This document shows, piece by piece, positions 51,944 to 64,000 of a DNA stretch of 64,000 nucleotides. Made by a program: the position numbers and the translations under genes. The DNA is from Proteromonas lacertae. Taxonomy: Eukaryota. Numbering within the stretch: the first letter of the stretch is position 1; the number at the start of each line of letters is the position of its first letter. The stretch lies in assembly GCA_002245135.1 (NCBI GenBank), contig NGBS01000007.1:1-64000 (forward strand), read 5' to 3'. The notes under the pieces are model-generated. The model was not told where the DNA came from. It did no database searches and was given only the letters and a program-made list of their open reading frames with translations.

Positions 51944-54095
51944 ATGGATTCTAAGAGTATTGTCTTGTTGCCTATTATTTTTAGATAACGAATTTAATAA
52001 TATCGCTAAAAGCGAAATAGCAGCTTTACCAAACGATGATGTATGAGATCTATTTTAATGTGTAGATATATTCAGTGTTGAAAGTTCACAGTGTTAAATT
52101 AAAAAGAAATGACTGTAAAATTCAGACAAATATAGATAGATCGCTGTTGTCTGTGAATTATGACCCACCTTTTCAGTCGAATGATGATCCTTATATATCC
52201 GACATAATGATTATTGGTAAAGTATATTTTCATCATTATTTATCCATAGAACGAAGAGTGTCCAGAAGGTTATCATCAGTTGGTTTCTGAAGTATTTTTG
52301 TTATTTATATTATCATAGTACTGTTTTACAAAACAATTCATATGTATAAGAAAAGGAAAAAAGGATTGTATTACAGATGTAATCGTAATTTACCCTGATC
52401 AACATGAAAAAGCACCAAGAGGCTATAGAATTTTAACAAACCTAGCAACAAACGAACCAATCAATATAAATGAATTCAACCAAGGTCCAAAAGCCTATCT
52501 ATGTTTCTGTAGAGGAACTGGCCCTCCATTAATTGATATATTAGTAGAAAGAGATAAAAATAATCCAGAAATCCATATACCTTATGGATATATTCCATTA
52601 TCAGAGACACCAACAGGTAGAGAGATCTTATTAGGTAATCACAAAGGTGATTTATTAGGTCAATTATGTATAGCAAAGAAATGGGCTTATTTATTCAGTT
52701 GTAAGTTAGAAGAGAAGGAAGTAATGAATTTGAGAAGTTCAGTTATACCAATATCAAAGTTCCAAGATATTCCAACACCCCGTAGTAATAATGGTAATAA
52801 TAATAATAATCATTTTAAAGAAAGTACTGAAATATCCACACCATTTAAAGGAGATAAAGCATCCTCCTTAACACAGTTGAACGATGAAGATGAGAATAAT
52901 AACAATAACAATAACAGTAGTGAAAAGAAGCATAAACATAATAAACGAAGAGATCCACCATTATTAGCACCACCAGGAATGCAACCTAAACCAATTAAAG
53001 AAGATGAAGAGAGAAAACCTGAAGAAGTGAAGAAAGAAGATAATAAACCCAAAGAAAAAGAAAAAGAAAAAGAAAAGCCTAAGGAAGAGGATCGTAAGAA
53101 ATCAATTGAGAGTGATGAACATCATCATCATCACCACCATCATGGTAAGAGTAAAGATAAAGATAGAAAGGATTCTACTGATCCAAAAGATTCACATCGT
53201 AAAGACTCTAAAGATCCAAATGATAGTCAAAGAAAGGATTCACATAGAAAAGATTCAAAAGATGAATCATCAACTCATCATTCAGATAGAAAAGACTCTA
53301 AAAGAAAAGATTCAAAAGATTCACATCGTAAAGACTCTAAAGATGGTAGAAAAGATTCAATTGAAAGAAAAGATTCACATCATCGTAAAGATTCAAAGGA
53401 TCCAAGTGAAAGTCAATTTCATAGGAAAGATTCAAAGGATAATAATAATAATAAGAGAGAATCATCAGCTGATAGTCAATCATCAGTAATAATACATAAA
53501 GATGAATCAAGTAAACATAAACATAGTAGGCCATCTGAAGATATTAAACCAGGTGATTTACCTCCAAGAAAAGAAGAATCATCTAAACACCATCATCACC
53601 ATCATCATAAGGATGATAAGAAAGATGAAGAAAAGCCAAAGGAGGAAGAAAAACTAAAGAAAGAAGAAGAAGAAAAGTCTAAAGAAGATGATACTAAAAA
53701 GGAACATCGTCATCATCATCCCCATGATAAAAAAGAAGAAGAAAAACCAAAAGAGGAAGAGAAACCAAAATTAGAAATAGATACAACAAAGCCAATTTCT
53801 GCAATACCTCCAGCATTCCGTGAAGAAGTTAAACATGCTCATCGTCCTTCCATATCAGATCCAGTAGATATTAATACACCAATAGAATTCTTAACACCAT
53901 CTCCAGATGAAGAAATCAGTGAAATAATCTATTTAGAACCACCAGATTATGCTGATATTGGTATATGTTCAATGAGTGTTGGAACATTGTTATTATCAAT
54001 ATATGCACATAACTCAATGATGATTGTGAAAGGTATAAAGACATTTATTGACTTGTTGAAAGTACAACCAAATTTCTATGATATGTCTGGAAGTG

Positions 54096-54126
<31 letters not shown>

Positions 54127-57100
54127 AATAGAAAGGAGGAAGACCATTATTTGATATAATTGTTGAACATATTACCAACGCCTGTTGTTGTCATCCAGTA
54201 GCTACTTGGAATTCATTAGTTTCATTCTTCAAATCATCAGTGGATATATATAATAATGGAATGAGTAATAGATCATTATTTTTATTATTAATTACTTTAG
54301 TTGATATGTATTTAGCATTATGCAGAAATGTATAGTTTTTTTATTTTTTTTAATTATAGAATAATGAACGTGTTGATGAAGAAATGATATTAACAATGAA
54401 AGATTGTATTACCTTATTATTCAAGAAAGCTGATAAGGATGAATGTAAAATACCATTATCATTATATCGAATTACCACATGATGTATAGTTATTATTATT
54501 ATATCTGTTATAGTTATCTAAAGTATATACATTAATGATTGGTCAATCTCCATTATCTTATGATTATTATAAAGCTTGTACATCATTATGTGATGCAATA
54601 ATGACCAAACAAATCAATAAGAATTGCTTATTTATTTTCTTTGAATGTATTTCATTATTGTCTGTTTCTATTTATTATAATGATGATATTTATGATATTG
54701 TATATATATATATATATAATTATTATATATTTAGTTACATTGTCGTGCTTTAGCATTGGAATGTTTAACAGCACTTTATACTCAAAAGAATGAAAATGAT
54801 ACTTCACAGTTCCATTTACCTGATGTATTACCTTGTTATCAACCAATCACCAACATTGGAGTAGTTCAAGCCATGCTTGAGAATGTATTTATTAGACCTG
54901 AATATATCCATTCAATATTACCACCATATATGGATTTATTGAGTAGTATATGGCAACATAGAGAACATTTATTATATGATTCAAGTGTATTATTAAAAGC
55001 AACAAATAGTTTATTAACAAAGTATATTATCATATATTATTATTATTATTATTATTATAGTACTCATTTATCAATTAATCATAAATTATTAATATTAAGA
55101 CAAATGGATGCTTTCTTTGAAACTCCACAATCTACAATTGAGATATTTATTAACTTCGATATGGTTCCTAAGATACCTTATAAAGTGTTACAAGGTACAT
55201 GTAGTGCACTTGGTTCAATGATTGAAAATACATTTACAAATCGTACAGATGAAGATACAGAAGAATCAGTATATTATTATTATTTTATTATTATTCTAGA
55301 TTGTAATTGCAAGAGAATTAGCATTGAGTTTATTGAACAGAGTTCAAAAAATCGCATTAAACTCATTAGCATCTGTATTTTTAGATATTAAAAAAGGTTG
55401 GAAAGAAGATAAAGAGATTATAGTGAAAAGTGAAACAACAACACCAAATTCACCAGACAGTGGTGCTAATAAAGATGGTACAGTTGCTCCAACATCAACA
55501 CCAACAACTACATCATCATCAGCTGATAAACCACCCAAACGAACATCTGATTTCTTCAGAAACCAAACAATGTCGTTTGTAAGATCCTATCATATGCAAT
55601 CAAAACAAGAAGAAGAATATTATGAAAAAGCAATGGAAATAGCCAGAGAAAAAGAATCATTAAAAAAAGGTATTAAATATTTAATAACAATGGGAATAAT
55701 CCATCAAGATGAAGATGAAATCGTTAATTTATTCCGTTTACATCAAGATAAGATAGATGATGCATTACTTGGTGATTATTTAGGTGAAGGAGGTGATACT
55801 CCAGAAGAAGAACAATTCTATAAGAATGTAAGAGAAATATTTATGAAAGGTACAAGTTATGCTGGTGTTCCATTTGTAGAAGCATTAAGAATGATGTTAA
55901 CACAAGGTGGATTTAAGTATATATTATTATTATTATTATTAATTATTATTATTATAGATTACCAGGAGAAGGTCAAAAGATTGAACGTTTTGTAGATTCA
56001 TTTTCAAAGACATATTATGATGATAATCCTAACAGTTTTGAAGATAGTGATGTATGTATGGTGTTAGCCTTTAGTACAATTATGTTGAATACAGATGCAC
56101 ATAATCCAAATGTAAGAAAAGATAGAAAAATGACAAAAGAAGAATTTGTTAAACAAAATAGAGGTATTGATAATGGTAAGGATTTACCAAGAGAAATGTT
56201 GGAAGATATATTTGATACTATTGTGAATAATGAAATTAAAATACCCAAAGCCAATCCATTAGGTGGTGAATTGAATAGACCATCCAGTCCAGCTGAATTA
56301 TTTGAATTTGAAATGGTTAAAACATGTAGATCTTGTCAAGCTATCTTAAAATCAAAAGTATATTTTAATCTTATTATTATAGTTGGATAATCCACCCAAA
56401 TACACTAAAGAACCATCGCCTGATCTTGCTCGTTTAATAGCAGAAGTATTAATTCCAATTGTATTGCCATTGGCTGAATCTGTATTTCAATCATATGATA
56501 AATATCGTATTGCTACTGCCAACTTAGTATTAATAATGAAATTATTTATATAATGTTGTAATAGTTGTGTGATACAAGTGACTTATTAGTAAATTGCATT
56601 TCAACCTGTTTATTCTTAGATGATAAAGCATCTACCAAAATTGGTGCAAATATATTAAAGAACTTTGAAACATTAGTATTATTCGAAGTAGGTCAAAACA
56701 GAGCATTAGATACAGCAAATGATTTTGATTGGTATCAACATATTACAGAATGTACTCCCGATATTGTATTTGATGTAATATCCATGTTCCAGACGAATAT
56801 GTTCCAGTTTAAATACATATTAGAGAAGCACATTAGAGTTAGTGAAGTACAACAGTTGAGAAGTAGATTTGTAGGTGATTTATCAATCTTTACAGCTAAT
56901 AGAAAGTTGATAAAAGAAGGTGAAATATTTTTATTATATACAAGTGAAGATGGAGATGAAGACTTTGACAAAGAGAAATTTACCTATTTCTTATTTGGTG
57001 ATTTGTTAATAATTGCTGAATTGAATGAAAAGAGTAATAAATATCAAATTATTTATGAATTCAAAACTGATGATGTTAAAGTCAATTATGATGATTCTAG

Positions 57101-57701
57101 AGATAAACAATTCTCTGTATATATTTATATTTATATTTATTTATTATTTATGTATTAGATCACTTCATATTCTACAACTTATACATTCGAATTAGGCAAT
57201 CAATTCGATGTAATTGATTTGATTGGAGGATTAAGAGATAATACTTCCAGAATGAGAACAGAATCTTGCACAATCGATCAAGTAGAATATCAAGAACAAT
57301 TGGAAGATTATAAGCCAGTTATAGCTAAACATATCTCTAATGCTCCTAGTAGAATAAGACAAACATCAACTATACCATGTATTAACTTAGATGCACAAGT
57401 AAAATTCCTTTCATTTGAAACAACAGAGTATGAAAAAGTATGTAGTTATGCTTATAAGAATTTGAGTAAAGATACATTCCCGTATTATTATCAGATGAAA
57501 TTTGGTGATTATAGTAGTAAAGGATTAGATTTAAGTAAGTATCAACAAGATTGGATTAGTGACTATCAGAAGAAATGTAATATGAGTTTTGAAGAAGCAC
57601 TTATTCATCTATTGTATGATATATTGTATTGTTTATATTATTTATATAGCTTATTATCAAAGAAAAATGGCTATGAATATAAGAGTGAAAGTGATGAGTA
57701 G
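51944..57701 (+). CDS. Large Sec7-domain Arf-GEF with N-terminal MABP-like domain, charged low-complexity region and PH-like domain
   Basis: Sec7 motifs LGDYLGE, ALR...F|RLPGEGQKIERFV and LAFSTIMLNTDAHNPNV...MTKEEF. MABP-like APRGY...INEFNQGPKAYLCF. PH-like RKLIKEG...YFLFGDLLIIA. Many tiny introns. Confidence 0.85.
53160..53440 (+). repeat. Coding tandem (H)RKDS(K) peptide repeats
   Basis: About a dozen RKDS units, with variants of cgtaaagactct/agaaaagattca, in the Sec7 gene. Confidence 0.7.
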
Positions 57702-57849
57702 TTTACCTTTTAATACTTTATATATCTAATTAAATAATATCTAATTTGTGTTTATTTGAATGAAAAAATCAAAAAATAGATTTATTGAAACGAATAGTTG
57801 GGCTCGAAGCTGGCTTGATTTTTATTTTCATCTTTGATTTTTGTTGTTA

Positions 57850-58751
57850 ATGTTTGCTCGTTTAGGTTCTAGACAGTTGCTATCCACTGTTACAAGATGC
57901 ATACAACCACAAGTATTATCTTTATTGTGCTTATTTTTTATCATTATAGGTGTTTCAAGCTCCTCGTTGTCTATCTCACACTCTAGTTCAAGTATATTTT
58001 ATACTGATTTTATTTATTAGCATGTAAATACCATTGACAATAATGAAGACACTTATTTCGATTTTACTAAAGAAAACTATAAAAAAATTGAAGTAATAAT
58101 GCACAGATATCCCAAGAATTATCGAGCATCTATAATCATGCCACTTTTGGACTTAGCTCAACGTCAAGTATGATATTTTCATTTTTTACTCAAAAATAGT
58201 GTAATAATTTCCTTCCATTAGCAGCAATGGATAAAGTAGCTCAAATAGCTGGAGTTTCTCCAATGCAAGTATATGAAGTCGCAACATTTTACACAATGTA
58301 TCATCGTGAGAAAGTCGGGAAATTCTTTATTCAGTTATGTGGAACAACTCCATGTATGGTAAACGGTGCACAAGATATAAAGAAAACAATTTGTGATTAT
58401 TTAAAAATAAAAGATGGTGAAACAACTAAGGATGGAATGTTTACTTTATTAGAAGTTGAATGCTTAGGAGCCTGTGCCAATGCACCAATGGTTCAAATAA
58501 ATGATGATTATTATGAATGCTTAACTGGAGAAACAATGTTAGAAATTATTAAATACTGTCAAGAAAAAGGTAAATTACCACCTTTAAAGAGATGGGCTTC
58601 TTTACCAATGAATGGACAATTGAGTTGTGAAGGACCTTATGGTTTAAATCATGTATTAACAGAAGAACCAAAACCATACTGTCGTGAACTAGATGGTAAA
58701 GTTGATCCAGCTTCAGTAAAGAAAGCTATGTATCCAGCTACTGAGAAGTAA
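57850..58751 (+). CDS. NDUFV2: NADH dehydrogenase (complex I) 24-kDa subunit
   Basis: Presequence MFARLGSRQLLST, then MPLLDLAQRQ, VYEVATFYTMY, QLCGTTPC and EVECLGACANAPMVQIND. Confidence 0.97.
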
Positions 58752-58918
58752 AAGAAATGTAATTAATAAAAGTTTAATTAATTATTAAATATTGATAACA
58801 CAGTTGTCATTATAATGTTTTAAAAAGTAATACTGAAGTTTTATTATTTCGAATGTTTTATTTGGTTATATGGAATCTAGAAACAGTTTAGATTATAAAA
58901 TGAATTAAATATCAACGA

Positions 58919-60247
58919 TTAAGAAAAAAATGAAGTAATATTTGAATTCTTCAACGCTTTCTTATTGTTATACTCACTAGCATTCATTAATAACTTATCA
59001 AATCTTAAATTACTATCTCTAGTGGAATTTAGTTTAGTAATTCCACCAATTCCATCAAATCCTTTCCTAATGTAACTTCCATCACTTGTTATATTACCTG
59101 AATAATGTATTAAACTACTCTTCTTCTTAATTTTCACATTATTGTTATTACTACTAGATAACAAATGATTTTCATTATCCTTGGGCTTGTTGTGATTATC
59201 AATAATATCATTATTATCATCTGAATCTATATTAATAATAGTATTATTATTAATATTACCACTCAGTTTTCTCTTTTTTGGTTTTATTATGTTATTATAT
59301 TCATTTTGTATTTCATCTAGAATATTCTCTTTATAGATTTTGTCTTTACTATTCTCATCCATTTTACTATGATTATTACTATTATTACTTTTATAAATGT
59401 TATTAATTAGCTTTTGTTCTTTTAATTCGTATTTTAATTCATCTATTGTGTTATTTAGTTTGTTTATTAATTCACACGATTTGCTATATTCTCTATTATA
59501 TATATAACAATATATACAATCTAGATTTCTGTAGTGATATATGTTGAACATAATATAATTTCTCATTAAAATCAGTTTCCTTCATTGATTTTATTCTTTC
59601 TATTAATTTTTCTAAATTCATTTCCTTTATATATTCATCACTATAATCTTTTGTTTTATAATTGTTTAGTTCATTACATATCTTCTGATTATATAAATCT
59701 TTTTTCAATAACTGCTTTTTGATTGTATGTAATTCTTGTTCTTTGCTTTTTAACATCTCTTTAAAGTATTCTAATGAATCATGAAGTTCTTCCATTTTCT
59801 GTTTTAAATCTCTCAATTTTTCGTTTTCTATTAGAATTTTAAAATGTATAAAGCAATACTTTCAATAAGTTCTTTCTCTCTTTCATTTGCTTTTACTTGA
59901 AATAACGATCGTTCCTTCTTTAAAATCATCATTTCTTCCTATATCAATTATAATATTAATATATTTACATATAATACCTTTATTTCATTTGATTCAATTC
60001 CTTCTAATTTTTTATCTTCTAAACCTTCCTCATTCAATTTAATTTCTTCAAATAATCCATAGACTTTATAAACTGCATTTATTCTTGTTTTACATATGAT
60101 ACATTTCGTTCCATGTTTTTCTTTCCACATCTCCATACAGCTTGAATGAAATACATGACCACAAGGTACTATGATAGAAATTTCTTCTTTTATAAGTGGC
60201 TCCAAACAGAATAAGCATGGTGATATATATTTTATTAATGAACTCAT
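58919..60247 (-). CDS. TRAIP: TRAIP-like RING E3 ligase
   Basis: RING CLFC...CGHVFHSSC...CIIC, a long coiled coil, C-terminal IRKGFDGIGGITK, and a PIP-box-like end NSNITSFFS. Confidence 0.75.
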
Positions 60248-60289
60248 GTTATCTCATCATAAATAATGAAAATTAGTTTGAATAAGAAT

Positions 60290-60300
60290 TTTGGCGCGAA
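60290..60300 (+). promoter_or_regulatory. E2F-like site (TTTGGCGCGAA) upstream of TRAIP
   Basis: Canonical TTTGGCGC about 43 bp upstream of the TRAIP ATG, in an otherwise CG-poor spacer. Confidence 0.6.
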
Positions 60301-60429
60301 GAGAAATATTTATTTAATCAGCCATTTAAATTCTTCAAAAACATGATATTATATATTACATACAACATAAATATACTAATCAATAAAAAAAATAGTAAAA
60401 ATCATGAAATCTAAAAAATAATATAAACG

Positions 60430-61060
60430 TTATTGAATCATTTCATTAAAAGGAGCAGGTATCACATAAGATGAACAAAACCAACTTCTTTCAACATACT
60501 GCCTAGTTATTTGATTATATCTATAAAGTATTAAAAATAACATAATTTTTAAAATTTGATTATTATACTTCTTTCTATCCATTTCATAGAGTTTTGAAGC
60601 GACAGGATTTGCAGGTGACTTTGTATTTGGATCTGGTAGTAGTGACTATGTTATAATAATCATATTCTATTATACTTGTATAGAAGTAAGTACTGAAAAA
60701 ATATTCATCATTGGACTCCATTGATTTTGTAATATATCAAGACAAATCTTGCCATCTGTATATACTATCCACATATAAATATCTCACTAATACTATTAGG
60801 GTGGAACATTGGTGTTTTAAACAAAATTATTGGAGGTTTCTTTGGATATTCCTCTGTAAATTCTATAGATAGTTCAAATGTTCCTTTCTCCCAAACTGTT
60901 TCATCCGGCCTAATTTATATTACAACTAAGTCATATACCCAATGATACAAGCTCTCCAGTGCATTAAACTAGACGTAGGCTCTGCATATATTCCTGGAGG
61001 TAAATTATTCTTCATATTTTTCATTTCTTGAATTATCCTTCTTCGCGCTGCTGTACTCAT
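60430..61060 (-). CDS. RAD6: Ubiquitin-conjugating enzyme RAD6/UBC2-like; absent from the ORF track
   Basis: Spliced sequence [10 protein letters not shown]...[12 protein letters not shown]...EYPKKPP...[22 protein letters not shown]...[16 protein letters not shown]...YVERSW. The boundaries of the last intron are ambiguous. Confidence 0.9.
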
Positions 61061-61529
61061 AGAATAAAAATGAATTATAAATTCAAGCCTTTTTTATCAA
61101 GCTTATTTTGTAATTTTGAATATATTGAAAAATAAGGCAAAACTGTACATTTAAAAATATTCCAATTCTCCATATCAACGTACACAATAAGTAATTAATT
61201 AGTAAAATAGTGAACTTTTTGAGACTTAGATTTTATATGAATTAATTATGTGTTGATTATAAAAAAAATAATTAATACATTTAGTATGACACATATTACT
61301 ATTATATCATTATAAACTCGATTAATAGTCCTTAACATAGAGTAATATACGTAAATAACAAAAGTTAATATTATTTAAATATAAATATATTTTCTCACTC
61401 TTTTATAGTATTAGTTACACTTACTAATAATAGTACGATAGTTATATTCATAGGAAGTTGAGTTAAAGACTATCTTTTTATTCTTTAAGAATTGAAACTT
61501 ACAAAAATAATAACACAATATAGCAACAT

Positions 61530-62676
61530 ATGCAAGTATTATACAGTTTCCTAAACCTAACTGTAGTTGTGAAAGGAAAAAATAACTCACATGAAGAAAT
61601 AATTACCCTTTGATATGTGTAGATATTATATTATAAAAGTGTATTATAGGAGTCAGCATATTATGTAAGCATTATTATTAAAACATCCAACCATCTCTCA
61701 CTTTGTCACAAACATTAAGCTTGATATAATTCTTTTTAATGAATGATATTTATTCAAATAATTCACCTCAAGGGGGGATAGATCAAATAGATGTATTATT
61801 GAATGTTTCCTTATACTATAGATATCAAATCTATCTCCTGAAGCTTCTCAAAAAATAATAACACAACTTTTCTCTATAATAAACTATTGGAAAGGGGAAG
61901 CATCTAAATATCAAATTCAAGTTTCTCAAGTAGAAAACAAGCTTCAACAATGTGAAAAAGCGTGTTTATATTGGAAGTCACAGTATCAAGATGCAGAAGA
62001 TGATCTAGAAGCTGCTACAGACCAAATAAATCGCGATGAACAAATTAAAATTGATTTAATGACAAAAGTTACTTCGATTAATAATCTATATGACAACTTA
62101 AGGCAAGAAAATGTTAATATAATTCATGAAATAGAAAGATTGCGAAATAAATATGAGCCAATTATGAATAATTCCAAACAAACCTACCAAGTGGAAACAT
62201 CAACACAAACAGATTACATACCATTGAGCATATTTAAAATCACAAAATCTAATAGTTTCACTTCTAAAGTAAATGTAAATAATGAAAATGAACAATACTC
62301 GAAAATAAGAAGTCAATCATTAGATAAATTTGAAATAGAACCGCAATGTGCTAACATATTGAGGAGGATGGAGCATGAGTTAAGGCTGCTGGAGTTCAGC
62401 CATCTTTCAGACAATCAACAGAATATATACTTATTACTATCAGAAATTTTAAATAGATTACAGTTTATTAGGAATAGTGTGTATCCTGAATGGGAGATTG
62501 ATGAAGATGTATCAAGGTGTCACATATGTAATAGGGAATTTACTGTTATACATAGAAAACATCATTGTAGGCGATGTGGAGTAATAATTTGTCAAAACTG
62601 TTCAAAAACATTGCCATTTTATGAGAATAGCCGGACTTGTATATTATGCTTCTTAATACTCTCCTCGATTTTCTAA
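61530..62676 (+). CDS. Coiled-coil + FYVE zinc finger protein
   Basis: FYVE motif WEIDE...CHIC...F...RKHHCRRCG..IC..C...R.C..C. The open frame extends upstream of 62059; the start is uncertain. Confidence 0.75.
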
Positions 62677-62885
62677 AATAAGTATATATAGTATTGACTA
62701 ATTTAATCAAAGAAATATTTATATTTTTTATTTATGTATTACTAATTTATTTGGTTAAATTATTATCTATTTGCAGTAATTGGCAGAATAATATCATTAC
62801 AAGAGGAGAAAAATAACAAAACAGATTTATTAAAAATATTTGGCTTGATTAACAACAAATCTTTTTTGTTTTTCGAAAGGTTTTA

Positions 62886-64000
62886 ATGTCAAGAACAGAA
62901 GAAAGTATAATTCAAATAATATTTTAACTTATATTCAGTCAATCCAAATCTTTTTGTGCATGGGCCTGAACAAATTGAGTTAGAACATCGAAGGGGTTAT
63001 AGATATTGGATATATAAATATACAGAGTTCTTTCCAAACCAAAAACCTCTCAATGACAGATTGTCTGGCTTTCCATTTGCAGTTTTTCCAGGATTAGGTC
63101 GTCATCCTTCACAATGTCCAATTGTGTTTATATTTCAAGTATAATATTAATTCAAAGGATGTAATAAAATAATAATTTTCAAATAGAACTTCGGAACATC
63201 TTACAAAACAAATGCCTTTTTAATACCTACTCTTAATGATATGGGAATAACAGTTTATCTATATGACTTTCCATTTACAGGAGAACGTACAATAGTAGAA
63301 ATGCCTTTAACAGCCAGTCCTTTAGAGATATTTGAATCATCTTGTTCAGTGATAGGATCATCAGAATTGAATGAACGATTCATTTCTATCTTCTCAGAAC
63401 GACTATATCGTGATTTATATTATATGAGAGGTGTTGGTGCAAGATATCATGGGTATAATAACCCAAATATAGCATTTATTGGAGTTGGAACAGGAAGTAT
63501 ATTATGTGGGTATATATATATATAAGATATTATTATTCTTATTATTTAAATAGTAATGCATATACTCGATTTGGAATAGGTGATAAAATCTGTTGTATTG
63601 GTGGACATTTAGATTTATCTAAATTCGCAACATCATTTTTCGCTTCAGCTTTACCAGGATTAGGTTCAACATCTGTTGATCATGTAGATGAATGGTTAAT
63701 TAATAATCATCCATCTTGGCCTAAAGGATCATTACAAGTGGTGAAACTATGTAGAGAAATGATGGAATCTGCTTCAACTATTTGTAGAATATTTGATCCA
63801 ATGGGTAATTGTAGTTCAATATGTATTGATTTTATGTTATTTTTAATTATTTATTTATTTAGCTAAATCTATAAGAATTATTATTGGTGAGAAAGATTCA
63901 TTTTGTAATGCGGATGATGCAAAGAAATGTGTTAAAAGGTTTACAAGTGGAGATTGTTATGTAGTACCAGATTTAAATGTATAAATATTTTTTTATTTTC
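62886..64000 (+). CDS. Possible alpha/beta-hydrolase-fold protein, truncated by the window end
   Basis: Spliced exons contain PIVFIF, VYLYDFPFTG, IAFIGVGTG and IIIGEKDSFC. The nucleophile elbow lacks Ser. Confidence 0.45.

Noticed and set aside
53106..53489. Repetitive DNA that could resemble a CRISPR array or satellite, plus an alternative ORF
   Set aside because: The units are degenerate in-frame peptide repeats with no unique spacers, inside a eukaryotic coding exon.
61061..61529. Longer AT-rich intergenic gap that might hold an RNA gene or mobile element
   Set aside because: I recognised no tRNA fold, terminal repeats or spliceable ORF.

Overview
This window is very AT-rich, gene-dense eukaryotic nuclear DNA. 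Introns are tiny GT-AG introns (mostly about 26-45 nt), intergenic gaps are often under 150 bp, and TGTTTGTT-like tracts follow several stop codons. This style fits a Blastocystis-like gut stramenopile, which is an inference. The first 22 kb hold a head-to-head pair of giant paralogous receptor genes. The complete plus-strand gene (10352-22005, about 3,850 aa) encodes a signal peptide, nine tandem AmiC/UrtA-like periplasmic-binding (Venus-flytrap) domains and a GABA-B-like class C GPCR 7TM domain. The minus-strand paralogue (9899 to beyond base 1) has the same repeat layout, shares two intron positions, and has a matching RxLx(D/E) linker between repeats 8 and 9. The rest is mostly housekeeping genes: DUF3431, eIF2B-alpha, a RibD-like reductase, HGH1, a ROK kinase, SMYD, an LRR protein, FEX, two pseudokinase-LRR genes with 84-nt modular exons, two GT61 glycosyltransferases, CDC7, CK1, a NAK kinase, PRPS, LAMTOR5, a GPR180-like gene, a Sec7 GEF, NDUFV2, TRAIP, RAD6, a FYVE protein and a possible hydrolase. 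Scattered 1-nt indels, including one in HGH1, look like assembly errors. All calls come from reading motifs by eye; no database searches were run.
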